This document shows positions 1 to 9,447 of a DNA stretch of 32,361 nucleotides, one piece after another. This stretch comes from Paraburkholderia sp. (GTDB lineage Bacteria > Pseudomonadota > Gammaproteobacteria > Burkholderiales > Burkholderiaceae). Location: positions 1 to 32,361 of the forward strand of contig JBEKNG010000001.1 in assembly GCA_049523075.1 (NCBI GenBank), read 5' to 3'. Position 1 is the stretch's first letter. Each line of letters starts with the position of its first letter. The position numbers and the translations under genes are program-made. A model generated the notes under the pieces. The model saw only the letters and a program-made list of their open reading frames with translations, was not told the origin of the DNA and searched no databases.

Positions 1-585
1 GAACAGACCCAGCCGATAGTTAATCGAGACGACCACGATGCCTTGCTGCGCAAGGTGATTGCCGCGGAAGACCGGCACTTCAGCCGAGCCATGGTCAAAG
101 CCGCCACCGTGAATCCATACGACGACCGGCAGCTTGCCGGTAGGATGCAGCGCGGGTGTCCAGACGTTCAGGAACAGACAGTCTTCGCTAAATGACGGCT
201 TAGAGGTATATTCCGCGGTCCAGGGAATGACCACCGTTGGGTCGCGCCGAGCCTGTTCGCAACTGGCTCCGAACTTCGTGGCGTCACGCACGCCCTGCCA
301 AGGCGTTGGGGGCGCAGGTGGGCGCCAACGGAGCGGGCCAACCGGTGGCGCCGCGTAGGGGATGCCCTCGAACGAGAGCACCTGCCCATCCGAGGCGCCG
401 CTCAATTGGCCGCTTTGAGTCTGGACCAGCGGCGCCGCAACGGCGTCGAACGGTGCGATGAATTCGTGGGCGGTCGATTTGCAGTCGAGTTGTGGATCGA
501 GCGCATGGGCATGACACAGGATTGGAGAGAACCCCATGCCTAACGACGTTAGCACGGTCATTGTGCTGGAAATGGAATTTTTCAT
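1..585 (-). CDS. Type-B carboxylesterase/lipase family protein (5' part; runs off window start)
   Basis: Not in the ORF track. Manual translation from ATG at 585 gives MKNSISSTMTVLTSLGMGFSPILCHAHA...FEGIPYAAPPVGPLRWRPP...SEDCLFLNVWTP...PVVVWIHGGGF...VVSINYRLGLF, all hallmark carboxylesterase-B motifs; frame open to base 1; N-terminus resembles a signal peptide (AHA). Confidence 0.93.
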   Translation of the reverse strand, partial: MKNSISSTMTVLTSLGMGFSPILCHAHALDPQLDCKSTAHEFIAPFDAVAAPLVQTQSGQLSGASDGQVLSFEGIPYAAPPVGPLRWRPPAPPTPWQGVRDATKFGASCEQARRDPTVVIPWTAEYTSKPSFSEDCLFLNVWTPALHPTGKLPVVVWIHGGGFDHGSAEVPVFRGNHLAQQGIVVVSINYRLGLF

Positions 586-678
586 TGTAGTCGCGTAGGT
601 GGTTCTGTCGCACCAGGGTGATCCGACGACAGCAGATGCGCAGACAATGAGCGATTGGCTCAGCCCAGCAACAGCGAG

Positions 679-873
679 CTATGCGGCGGCCTGATTCAAC
701 CACACCCGGCCCGCGGCCGTCATGTTGATGACACCGCAGGCACGCGATTCATATGCAAGCCCGGAGCTCAGTAGTTCTTCCGCTATCGAGCGCGGCATCT
801 CTGCCAGGGAATTCGAAGTTCGGTCAAGGGATTTGAGCGTCTGGACGGCCTCGGGGGAGAGTTGGATGTACAT
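679..873 (-). CDS. Small hypothetical protein (64 aa)
   Basis: Strong RBS (AGGAGG, 6 nt before ATG), protein-like composition, does not overlap other genes. Confidence 0.65.
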   Translation of the reverse strand: MYIQLSPEAVQTLKSLDRTSNSLAEMPRSIAEELLSSGLAYESRACGVINMTAAGRVWLNQAAA

Positions 874-1340
874 GGCGGCCTCCTGTTGTTTTGGTCATCA
901 TGGGCCGAATGGATCGTTGCCGTCTGTACGGTAGCGTCTACTTCCGCCCCCCCCTTTACTGAATCTTCTCCCCGTTGCGGCCGCGACGCCTGATTCGGTT
1001 CGCAGCCGGGGGTGAGTCGAATCGGCACCATGCACGCGGTGTGACGTGATAGTTTTCGTCGCAAATGCAAGCACGCGGGAGACGGGCGCTTCGGGTTGAT
1101 GGAACGATATCGACCGCTTCTGTGCCCCGTCTGGCCCGCGTTCGACAGCGCGGATTGTGCGTCAAACGACAACGCAGTAGACTCGTTGTGCGGCCATCGT
1201 CTCGCTTTGCAGCAATCTGCTCGCAACAGCCAGCGAGCAGAGAACCTGACCCAAACCGGCACGGTTTCCAAGCCATGCGGAACAATTACACGCCAGCCGC
1301 GTATGCCTTCATGTTGGTCACTCCGGCGAGGTGCTGCAAT

Positions 1341-2261
1341 ATGAAACTCCGACAGTTGCGTTATTTCGTGACAATCGTCGATGCTGGTAGTTTCTCTCGC
1401 GCCGCGCAGGTCGCCCATGTGGCCCAGCCTGCGTTGAGCCAGCAGATCGCCGATCTCGAAGAACAGCTCGGCGTCACGTTGCTGCAGCGGAGCGCGCGCG
1501 GCGTGAACGCCACAGCTGCAGGGCAGCGGCTTTACGTGGAGGCCAGTGCGATTCTGCGGCGCGTCGAGCGCTTGCCTGACGTCGTACGTGGACACGGCGA
1601 AGAAGTGGAGGGTTGCGTTTCCATCGGCATGGCTTTTCCGCTGGCGTCGCAGTTCGCGGGGCCGATCATGGCGGCATGCCGCACTGCGTTGCCAAAAGTG
1701 CGGCTGCAGCTTTCGTCCGCGGGCAGCATTCAATTGGCCACTGGCATTCGCGAACACGCCCTTGACCTCGCTATGCTCTTCGAAGGTGAGCCGTATGCGG
1801 GTTGTGTCCGTGTGCCGCTATTCGAGCGACGGCTCTTTCTTCTGCGGCGTGCAAACGGATCGGTCAGGCCTGGATCGATCAAATTTCAGGAGCTCGCGGG
1901 CCTTCCACTCGTGCTGCCGCATCAGCCGAATATCGTGCGACTTGTACTCGACCGCCTGTTCGCAGAGGCTGGAATCGAGCCGCATGTCGCTGCCGAAGCC
2001 GACGTGAGTACCGACATGCTTGCCGCCGTGCAGGCTGGTGTCGGGGATACCATCTTGCCGCTTGGCGGCACGGACGAGCTGCCCGGCAATTTTTCTGCGC
2101 AAGCCATCGAGCCTGCAGTTTCGCTGACGGCCAGCATCGTTTCTTCTGCGGACACGCCGCTCGCGGCCGCCGGGGAAGCCGTGCGCGATTTCATTGCTGG
2201 CTTTGTGAAACAGCACCTTTCCGAGCGCCCCGTACCCGGCGTCGAAGCGGAAGGGGAATGA
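1341..2261 (+). CDS. LysR-family transcriptional regulator (Nac/TcuR-like)
   Basis: MKLRQLRYFVTIVDAGSFSRAAQVAHVAQPALSQQIADLE HTH; GAGG RBS before ATG 1341 (track start 1065 is an over-extension). Confidence 0.93.
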   Translation: MKLRQLRYFVTIVDAGSFSRAAQVAHVAQPALSQQIADLEEQLGVTLLQRSARGVNATAAGQRLYVEASAILRRVERLPDVVRGHGEEVEGCVSIGMAFPLASQFAGPIMAACRTALPKVRLQLSSAGSIQLATGIREHALDLAMLFEGEPYAGCVRVPLFERRLFLLRRANGSVRPGSIKFQELAGLPLVLPHQPNIVRLVLDRLFAEAGIEPHVAAEADVSTDMLAAVQAGVGDTILPLGGTDELPGNFSAQAIEPAVSLTASIVSSADTPLAAAGEAVRDFIAGFVKQHLSERPVPGVEAEGE

Positions 2262-2356
2262 TCCGTCGCGAGCCATAGTGGTCGCTTATACCCGCATCGC
2301 AAGACAGCCCGAAGCCGAGTTCGTTCGCAACATTGCGCGCGCAGAAAACGCAATGC

Positions 2357-2881
2357 CTAAGCACTTCGTGAACATGTCTGCATGACCCGGCGCGCGCTCA
2401 TCGCTCTCCAGTAGGTGATGAAGCGCCCGGTGAACACGCCTGCGACGACTCCGGACACCGCGGCACCGATCAACACATATATCCCGAGCGACGATGCGTC
2501 GGTTACGGTGGCCATTTCGAACCCGAGCCAGAATTTGGTGGCGAATATGGCAATCATCAGCAACAACGGCAACGGAGAGCCCGGCAGCATCACGGTATAG
2601 GCAATCGGATCGACTATGAAGCGGGTCCGGCTCGCGATGAAGACGCCACCCGCGATGCCGACGAATAAGGCCGTCATCCATGCGATCACAGCAGTCCACC
2701 CCGCCAGCGGTTCCGAAACCAGATGCGCGATGCCCCAGCCCGCAAAGATGAGCGGCACGATGGCGAGCCTGGCGAGTGGCGCGGTGCCGCTGTTTAGTGC
2801 CTTGAACCCGCGCGATACCAGGACGACGAGTAACACCCAGACCCAGATTGGCGTGCCGTGAATGATTGCTGCCGGTGACAT
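2357..2881 (-). CDS. Integral membrane protein (DUF6622-like)
   Basis: TPIWVWVLLVVLVSRG N-terminus, about 5 hydrophobic segments, RBS AAGGAGG. Confidence 0.75.
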   Translation of the reverse strand: MSPAAIIHGTPIWVWVLLVVLVSRGFKALNSGTAPLARLAIVPLIFAGWGIAHLVSEPLAGWTAVIAWMTALFVGIAGGVFIASRTRFIVDPIAYTVMLPGSPLPLLLMIAIFATKFWLGFEMATVTDASSLGIYVLIGAAVSGVVAGVFTGRFITYWRAMSARRVMQTCSRSA

Positions 2882-3060
2882 GATGACCTCCTTCAGACTT
2901 AATGATTTCCCGATGGGCGGTTAATGCCCGCACGACCGAATGAGATTGATCGTATCGGCACTGAATTAGCCTGGAATGAGGGGGACAGGCCTAAATCGAC
3001 CTCGGGGAACCGGAACGCGCTTTCGTCGGGTGTAGGTGTTGGCGCGGCTCCGCATCGTGC

Positions 3061-3083
3061 CCGTGCCGTGCCGTGCCGTGCCG
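3061..3083 (+). repeat. Pentanucleotide tandem repeat (CCGTG)x4
   Basis: ccgtgccgtgccgtgccgtgccg seen directly, with a degenerate copy just upstream. Confidence 0.8.
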
Positions 3084-3143
3084 CCGTTCGCCTGACGGCA
3101 GCACGCTGGGAGCGTGCGCCAATGCCCACGCTGCCTCCCATCC

Positions 3144-3293
3144 AAGGAGCCGGGGCTTGATGCTAACGCGTTCTTTACCGAACTCGGAAGCGTCATGAAG
3201 AACGGGGTACCCGCTCCCGGGACGCTACAGAAGTTCGGCAACAAATGGGGGGGCGAGTTTTTGGGGCCGCCTTTGACCCGGTCTGCCAAATAA
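3144..3293 (+). pseudogene. Possible C-terminal remnant of a cupin-like protein
   Basis: Frame reads KEPGLDANAFFTELGSVMKNGVPAPGTLQKFGNKWGGEFLGPPLTRSAK*, reminiscent of cupin C-termini (PG...FF.EL...KxG.EFLGPPL); in-frame stop at 3093 upstream and no plausible start. Confidence 0.35.
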
Positions 3294-3728
3294 GGGGCAG
3301 GATCCCAGATAGAAAGCTGAAATTCTCGTGTGCGTAAGGAATTGCGGGGTACGAGGACGTCGCATGTTGCGTCCCGCCACGATCGGACCAACAGGAAATT
3401 CCCCTCTCCTCGCCGGTGCAACGCCTTCAGGCGGGGAATTGCCGGGTCGCCCCTGCGAGCTATATGCGCTGCTTATATTGGCATCGCGAGTCCGTATTTT
3501 CGCCAGTCCAAAAAATCCCCCACACTGCGCACCGTAGCATCAAGACGACCACTTATCGTGATTCGATCCAGGGCAAAACCATGCGCGGGGATGCGCAACT
3601 CTTCACGAACGTGAATTCCAGGTGATTTAAGCCCAACACAATACGTTATGCGAATCAACAGGGGGATTTGTATCTTCAATAGCGTGCGGCCGACGTGGAG
3701 CGAACGCTATCCAAAACGTTAGGACATC

Positions 3729-4385
3729 ATGCGAGTTTTACTGGTTGAAGAGGATTTGCAGCATGGCGAAAGCCTGCTGCGCGCACTAAAGGATGCGGAT
3801 TGCAGTGTCGACTGGGTGCGTGACGGCAAGGCCGGTAGCATGGCCATCAACACGGCCTATTACGCTGTCGTGTTGCTCGATCCCGGCCTGTCGGGCGCAG
3901 GCGGTATCGATCTGCTTCGCGCGTTACGTGCCGCGGGCAACGACGTCCCCGTGCTGATCCTCACTGCACTGGACGATCTGGAGACGCGTGTGCACAGTCT
4001 TGACGTCGGTGCGGACGATTGTGTACTCAAGCCAATCGAAGTCCGCGAACTGCTTGCGCGCATCAGGGCGGTATTGCGGCGCAAAGCGGGCTACGCGACC
4101 TCGCGTATCGGTGGCGAGTCACTCAGCCTCGATCTCAACAAGCGCCTATTGTGCTGCAACGGGGTAGCGTCGTCGCTCTCTGCGCGCGAATTCGCGCTGA
4201 TGCACGCGTTTCTGGAAAGGCCCGGCATGATCCTGTCGCGCGGTCAGCTTGAGGACAGGCTATACGGATGGGGTAAAGAGGTGGAAAGCAATGCCGTTGA
4301 CGTGCTGATCCACGCGATGCGCAAGAGGTTTGGGCAATCCATGATCCGCAACGTGCGCGGCGTCGGCTGGACGGTGGCCCATTGA
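3729..4385 (+). CDS. OmpR/PhoB-family response regulator (QseB/PmrA-like), no adjacent kinase
   Basis: MRVLLVEED receiver start, VLLD phosphoacceptor, ILTA, KP, and winged-helix tail SNAVDVLIHAMRKRFG...IRNVRGVGW; RBS AGGA. Confidence 0.92.
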   Translation: MRVLLVEEDLQHGESLLRALKDADCSVDWVRDGKAGSMAINTAYYAVVLLDPGLSGAGGIDLLRALRAAGNDVPVLILTALDDLETRVHSLDVGADDCVLKPIEVRELLARIRAVLRRKAGYATSRIGGESLSLDLNKRLLCCNGVASSLSAREFALMHAFLERPGMILSRGQLEDRLYGWGKEVESNAVDVLIHAMRKRFGQSMIRNVRGVGWTVAH

Positions 4386-4440
4386 GTTCGTTTGGCGAGG
4401 CGTTATGCAGGCATACCGTTGAATCCGCAAGGAAATTCTC

Positions 4441-5457
4441 ATGAGCACAATCGCAAGCAGTACCGGCACTACTTCAGGCCTCACCGCACCTTTGCAGGTG
4501 CGTGACATCGGGAGCTTTCACGTCGGCGGCCGCATGATTTCGCTAACTGGGATGGCTCCACGAGTTCGTGTCAGTACGGCGAACGGCGCAGTTCATCCCG
4601 TCGATCCCAATGGGGAAATGATCGTTGGTCAGATGTACGTACAGTACGTGAAACTCGCGGCCCCCCGCAGCCGGCATCCTCTCCTGCTCTGGCATGGCGG
4701 AGGAATGAGCGGCGTCAATTGGGAAACGACATCAGACGGGCGCCCGGGATGGCAGATGTTTTTCCTTCACGCCGGCTTTGATGTGTTCGTGTCTGACGCG
4801 GTCGAACGCGGCCGGGCGTCGTGGGCTCCTTATCCGGACGTTTACCCGCAAGCGCCTTATTTCCGTACGGCGCGTGAAGCATGGGAAGAAACGTTTCGCT
4901 TCGGTCCAGTTGAATCATGGAATGCCGATCCCGCACAGCGTCATCCTCACAACGGTCTCCGCTTTCCCGTGGCTCGCATGGAAGCGTTTATGAACCAGTT
5001 TGTGCCACGCTGGGGTGGCAACGACACGCTCACCCAGCACGCCTACGACGCGCTCATAGCCCAGCTCGACAGCAGCATCGTGCTGACTCACAGCCAAGGG
5101 GGTAATTTTGGGCTCAACGCCGCGCTGCACGCGCCCGGTCATATCAAGGCCGTCATCTCTCTCGAGCCGTCCGGGGCACCCGACCCGGAACATTGCGACC
5201 CGGCAGCGTTACGCGGCATACCGCATCTGTTCCTTTGGGGCGACTTCCTGGACCAACACCCCTTCTGGGTCGAGTCTGTGCCAAAGGTGCGGCGCTGGTA
5301 CAAGGCGCTGACCGCCGCGGGTGTAGACGCACAATGGATCGATCTACCCGCCCGCGGGATCGTCGGCAACAGCCATGCACTGATGTCCGACAATAACAGC
5401 GACCAAATCGCCGGAATAGTGCTCGACTGGATGCGAGAAAAGAAACTTCTCGGCTGA
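4441..5457 (+). CDS. Alpha/beta-hydrolase fold esterase
   Basis: GQMYVQY, LLWHGGGMSG, WETTSDGRPGW, nucleophile elbow THSQGG, C-terminal GNSH; RBS AAGGA. Confidence 0.88.
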   Translation: MSTIASSTGTTSGLTAPLQVRDIGSFHVGGRMISLTGMAPRVRVSTANGAVHPVDPNGEMIVGQMYVQYVKLAAPRSRHPLLLWHGGGMSGVNWETTSDGRPGWQMFFLHAGFDVFVSDAVERGRASWAPYPDVYPQAPYFRTAREAWEETFRFGPVESWNADPAQRHPHNGLRFPVARMEAFMNQFVPRWGGNDTLTQHAYDALIAQLDSSIVLTHSQGGNFGLNAALHAPGHIKAVISLEPSGAPDPEHCDPAALRGIPHLFLWGDFLDQHPFWVESVPKVRRWYKALTAAGVDAQWIDLPARGIVGNSHALMSDNNSDQIAGIVLDWMREKKLLG

Positions 5458-5591
5458 CAATCCTGAGTGGCGATACCTCTTCGATTGGCGGCCGCCGTAC
5501 GCAAATTGCGGCGCATTCCCTCTCGGAAGCCATTATTCGGGGCCGCCCTCGATCTTGCTCATGATTCGAGGGCATTCGGGCCGTAGCTTGA

Positions 5592-5993
5592 TCAGTACGC
5601 CCACCAGCCGGGGCCCCACATGTTCCAGTTCCAGGCCGCATTTTCATTCATCTGTGCGGTCATGCGTTCCTGACTAATGAAGTTTTGCTGGATCTGTTCG
5701 CGCTTGTAGTTATCCCACGCATTTTCGTCGCCGATATACAGGCAGCCGCATGCATACGGGTCCGCGTATAGAAAGATGACCTTTCCGTCCCTGACCTTCT
5801 GAACAACACGATTCGGCGGCAACGTCTCCAACTGCAGGCGTTGCTGGTCGGTCGTCACAGGGACGATATGGAAGCCCGCTGCCGCCAGCAGGTCATTTTT
5901 CTCGCTGGCTCGCTCGACAGGCGTGGAGCATCCGGAAATCAGAATGCTCGCGCTTATTGCAATCAGAATAGTGGTCCATCTTAGCTTCATCAT
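5592..5993 (-). CDS. Hypothetical lipoprotein
   Basis: MMKLRWTTILIAISASILISG|C lipobox; RBS GAGGGG before ATG 5993; C-terminal WNWNMWGPGWWAY. Confidence 0.8.
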   Translation of the reverse strand: MMKLRWTTILIAISASILISGCSTPVERASEKNDLLAAAGFHIVPVTTDQQRLQLETLPPNRVVQKVRDGKVIFLYADPYACGCLYIGDENAWDNYKREQIQQNFISQERMTAQMNENAAWNWNMWGPGWWAY

Positions 5994-6196
5994 TGTCCCC
6001 TCGTGGTTGGCGTGCTGGACTCGCAGGCGGTATTCAAACTGTTCAATACACCTGCCGAAATAGCCCTGCATCATAGGGTCGCAGAATTAGCTCAGAGTTA
6101 ACAAGCGAAGATCACGGATGCATGTTCGTTTGTCGAGCGCGCCTGCACCCCCAGCGGAATTTCTGCGTAGGTGGCACCACGCGCTATCTGGAACGC

Positions 6197-6322
6197 GAAT
6201 CGGGGAATCCTCGACTGCTCACCAACGAAAGCCCATTTGCTATGCGTACCGGGCAGAACGCACACGCTGTCGGGTTTCACCTCAGCGCCCCAGATCTGCG
6301 TTTCTTCTCCACGCATGACGTC
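6197..6322 (-). pseudogene. dgoK: Internal fragment of 2-dehydro-3-deoxygalactonokinase (DgoK-like)
   Basis: Contains both DgoK signature strings DVMRGEETQ.WG and LPGTHSKW, but only about 42 codons; flanks do not continue the family sequence. Confidence 0.75.
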
Positions 6323-6580
6323 ATACATCGACACCGCCGAGCCGCAACGATGGTCAACATCGTGGTCTTCTGAGGCGTTGAGAAGGTGAACGGCCAGCGT
6401 CGCCTGTCCTCAGACTTGCTAGTTGCGAGTTCCGAAACTGAATATTTCGCGTCGGACGGCAGGTCCCGAGAAGACTCAGTACGGGGCAAGTGTTTCAAAA
6501 CACACGTCTCGTTACACACAAACACACTGGTAATCTGCGTTGCAAATATATTGCATTCACTACTGACAAGTGAGGCACGT

Positions 6581-6682
6581 ATGAAACGATTCTTTGCGCT
6601 GATGCTGATGGCTGTATGTCTTGGAACCGCCCTGAGCGGCTGCATCGTTGTGCCCGAAGGCGGCTACTATCATCGTTATTAA
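6581..6682 (+). CDS. Very small lipoprotein (33 aa)
   Basis: MKRFFALMLMAVCLGTALSG|CIVVPEGGYYHRY*; GAGG RBS, classic signal peptide with LSGC lipobox. Confidence 0.75.
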   Translation: MKRFFALMLMAVCLGTALSGCIVVPEGGYYHRY

Positions 6683-7010
6683 CTGTGGTTGGATAGTTAC
6701 CAATCAACTGCACAATTTAAAGCCCCTTGGCAATGAACGTCGCCGACCCCGGGCAAAACTTGCTGAACTGCGCGGTTCCTCGGCGCCGCGCGTCGCTCGC
6801 TTACTCGCCGTAACGCGGCGGTCTCTTCGACCGCCGCAACGAGAGCCCGGCGAACTCACGCATCTCCCGCGCCCGGTCGAACAGTAGAGAGCGCAGTAAC
6901 CCCACATCGCTGTAACGTTCGAGCCCAACCCTGCCTGCAGTCGTGCGTGTGTCGTCTTTAGCGACGAAGAATATGTTGAGCGTCCCTTCCATATCACACG
7001 CCCCATCATT

Positions 7011-7042
7011 TACTTGACATCTAAACTATCGAAGACTAAATT
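7011..7042 (+). promoter_or_regulatory. Sigma70 promoter of the abm-like operon with overlapping candidate MarR operator
   Basis: TTGACA (7014-7019), 17-nt spacer, TAAATT (7037-7042); imperfect palindrome TACTTGACATCTAAACTA (7011-7028) covers the -35. Confidence 0.7.
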
Positions 7043-7071
7043 ACTTTCCAGATTTCAACCGGAGTGTCAGC

Positions 7072-9447
7072 ATGCGCATCGTCTGTATCGGGGGAGGCCC
7101 CGCCGGCCTGTACTTTGGGCTGTTGATGAAGAGCCGCAATCCGGAGCACGAAGTCACGGTCGTCGAACGCAACCGGCCGTACGACACGTTCGGCTGGGGA
7201 GTAGTGTTCTCGGACCAGACGCTCGGCAATCTGTGCGCGGCCGACGCACCAAGCGCCGACGCGATTCTCGACGCCTTCAACCACTGGGACGACATCGAGA
7301 TCAATTTCCGCGGCCAGCAGGTGCGCTCGTCCGGTCACGGCTTCTGCGGCATCGGCCGCAAACGCCTCCTGAACATCCTGCAGGCGCGTTGCGAAGAACT
7401 TGGCGTCAAGCTGGTCTTCGAAACCCAAGTGACGGACGACGCCGCCTACGAAGCCGACCTGATCATCGCCTGCGACGGCGCCAATAGCGCAATTCGTCAG
7501 AAGTATGCTGCGACCTACCAGCCGGATATCGACATGCGCGATTGCCGCTTCGTCTGGCTCGGCACGAAAAAACTCTTCGACGCATTCACCTTCGCGTTCG
7601 AAGAAACCGAATGGGGCTGGTTTCAGGCCCACGCCTACCGGTTCGACGATCAGACCTCCACCTTCATCGTTGAAACGCCGGAGCGAGTCTGGCGCGCTGC
7701 CGGCCTCGACGAAATGAGTAAGGAAGACAGCATCGCCTTCTGCGAGAAGCTGTTTGCGAAGTATCTGGACGGCAGCCCCTTGCTGTCGAACGCCGCGCAT
7801 TTACGCGGCTCGTCGCAATGGATTCGCTTTCCCCGCGTGGTCAACCAGGAATGGGTGCATTGGAGAATCAACGCCAACGGCGCGAAGCCCACGCCAATCG
7901 TCTTGATGGGCGATGCCGCACACACGGCCCATTTCTCGATTGGCTCGGGCACCAAGCTCGCGCTCGAAGATTCGATCGAACTCGCCAACAGCATCGGCGA
8001 ACATCCCGGCAACCTGGCCGCCGCGCTCAAGCATTACACGGAAGTGCGCAGCGTCGGCGTGCTGCGCATTCAAAACGCGGCTCGCAATTCGACGGAGTGG
8101 TTCGAGCATGTCGACCGCTATACGTCGTTCGAGCCGGAACAGTTCGCCTATTCGCTGCTGACACGCTCGCAGCGGATCTCGCACGAAAATCTGCGTGAGC
8201 GCGATGCGCACTACCTGTCGGCATTCGAAGACTGGCTCGCGACACGCTCCGGTATCGAACCCGCGCCGGCAAAACATTCGGTACCGCCGATGTTCACGCC
8301 GTTCCGTCTACGAGGCGTGATGCTCAAGAACCGCGTGGTGGTCTCGCCGATGGCGCAATACTCCGCCGTCGACGGTGTCGCGGGCGACTACCACTTGATG
8401 CATCTTGGCGCGCGTGCCATGGGTGGCGCTGCGCTGGTGATGACCGAGATGACCTGCGTGTCGCCGGAAGCCCGTATCACCCCGGGCTGCCCCGGCATGT
8501 ACACACCGGAACATCGTGCTGCATGGCAGCGCATCGTCGACTTCGTGCACCAGCAGTCCAATGCGAAGATCGGCATGCAGCTAGGGCATGCGGGCGCCAA
8601 AGCCTCGACGCGCGTGAGTTGGGAAGGTATCGATCAACCTCTGCCCGAAGGCAATTGGCCACTCGTTTCGGCCTCGCCACAGCAGTTTCTGCATGGCGTC
8701 AGTCAATGGTCGCGCGAGGCGAGCCTCGACGATCTGCGCGAAATCGAGGCGCAATTCGTCCGCTCAACCGAAATGGCGGCCGAAGCCGGCTTCGATTGGC
8801 TCGAACTGCACTGCGCACACGGCTACTTCCTCTCGAGCTTTCTCTCGCCGCTCACCAATCAGCGCGGCGACGAATACGGCGGCTCACTGCAAAACCGGTT
8901 GCGCTATCCGCTGCAAGTCTTCGCCGCGATCCGCAAAGTCTGGCCGCAAGATAAGCCCATCTCGGTGCGAATTTCCGCGCATGACTGGGTCCACGGCGGC
9001 ACCACGCCGGATGACGCTGTGGAAATTGCGCGGGCGTTCAAAGCTGCCGGCGCTGACATGATCGACGTCTCCTCGGGCCAGGTCAGCAAGGCCGAAAAGC
9101 CGGTCTACGGCCGCATGTTCCAGACGCCGTTCGCCGACCGCATCCGCAACGAAGCGGGTATTGCGACGATTGCCGTCGGCGCGATTTCCGAAGCCGATCA
9201 CGTGAATAGCATCATCGCTGCCGGTCGCGCGGATCTCTGCGCGGTGGCGCGGCCGCATCTGGCCAATCCTTCGTGGACGCTCAACGAAGCCGCGAAGATC
9301 GGCTACTTCGACGTGATGTGGCCGAAGCAATACACTGCGGCGAAATCGCAACTGGAACGCAACCTGGAACGCGAACGGGCCCAGGCCGCGGCGAACACGG
9401 GGCTTTCGCCGCAAGAACGCGCACAACGCGCAGAAGGAACGGTGTGA
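7072..9447 (+). CDS. abmA: Bifunctional 2-aminobenzoyl-CoA/salicylyl-CoA monooxygenase-reductase
   Basis: N-terminal FAD monooxygenase ([37 protein letters not shown]) fused to an Old-Yellow-Enzyme domain ([27 protein letters not shown]); 791 aa. Confidence 0.93.
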   Translation: MRIVCIGGGPAGLYFGLLMKSRNPEHEVTVVERNRPYDTFGWGVVFSDQTLGNLCAADAPSADAILDAFNHWDDIEINFRGQQVRSSGHGFCGIGRKRLLNILQARCEELGVKLVFETQVTDDAAYEADLIIACDGANSAIRQKYAATYQPDIDMRDCRFVWLGTKKLFDAFTFAFEETEWGWFQAHAYRFDDQTSTFIVETPERVWRAAGLDEMSKEDSIAFCEKLFAKYLDGSPLLSNAAHLRGSSQWIRFPRVVNQEWVHWRINANGAKPTPIVLMGDAAHTAHFSIGSGTKLALEDSIELANSIGEHPGNLAAALKHYTEVRSVGVLRIQNAARNSTEWFEHVDRYTSFEPEQFAYSLLTRSQRISHENLRERDAHYLSAFEDWLATRSGIEPAPAKHSVPPMFTPFRLRGVMLKNRVVVSPMAQYSAVDGVAGDYHLMHLGARAMGGAALVMTEMTCVSPEARITPGCPGMYTPEHRAAWQRIVDFVHQQSNAKIGMQLGHAGAKASTRVSWEGIDQPLPEGNWPLVSASPQQFLHGVSQWSREASLDDLREIEAQFVRSTEMAAEAGFDWLELHCAHGYFLSSFLSPLTNQRGDEYGGSLQNRLRYPLQVFAAIRKVWPQDKPISVRISAHDWVHGGTTPDDAVEIARAFKAAGADMIDVSSGQVSKAEKPVYGRMFQTPFADRIRNEAGIATIAVGAISEADHVNSIIAAGRADLCAVARPHLANPSWTLNEAAKIGYFDVMWPKQYTAAKSQLERNLERERAQAAANTGLSPQERAQRAEGTV

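Noticed and set aside
783-1757. 324-aa minus-strand ORF and other long antisense ORFs (e.g. 28244-29242, 24975-25772, 21284-22312)
   Set aside because: Shadow ORFs opposite well-supported genes in high-GC DNA; no recognisable motifs.
2956-2971. GG-N10-GC sigma54-like string (CGGCACTGAATTAGC)
   Set aside because: Poor match to TGGCAC-N5-TTGC and no intact gene directly downstream in that orientation.
3061-3083. CCGTG repeat as a phase-variation or CRISPR-like element
   Set aside because: Only four units, no spacers, not within a supported CDS or promoter.
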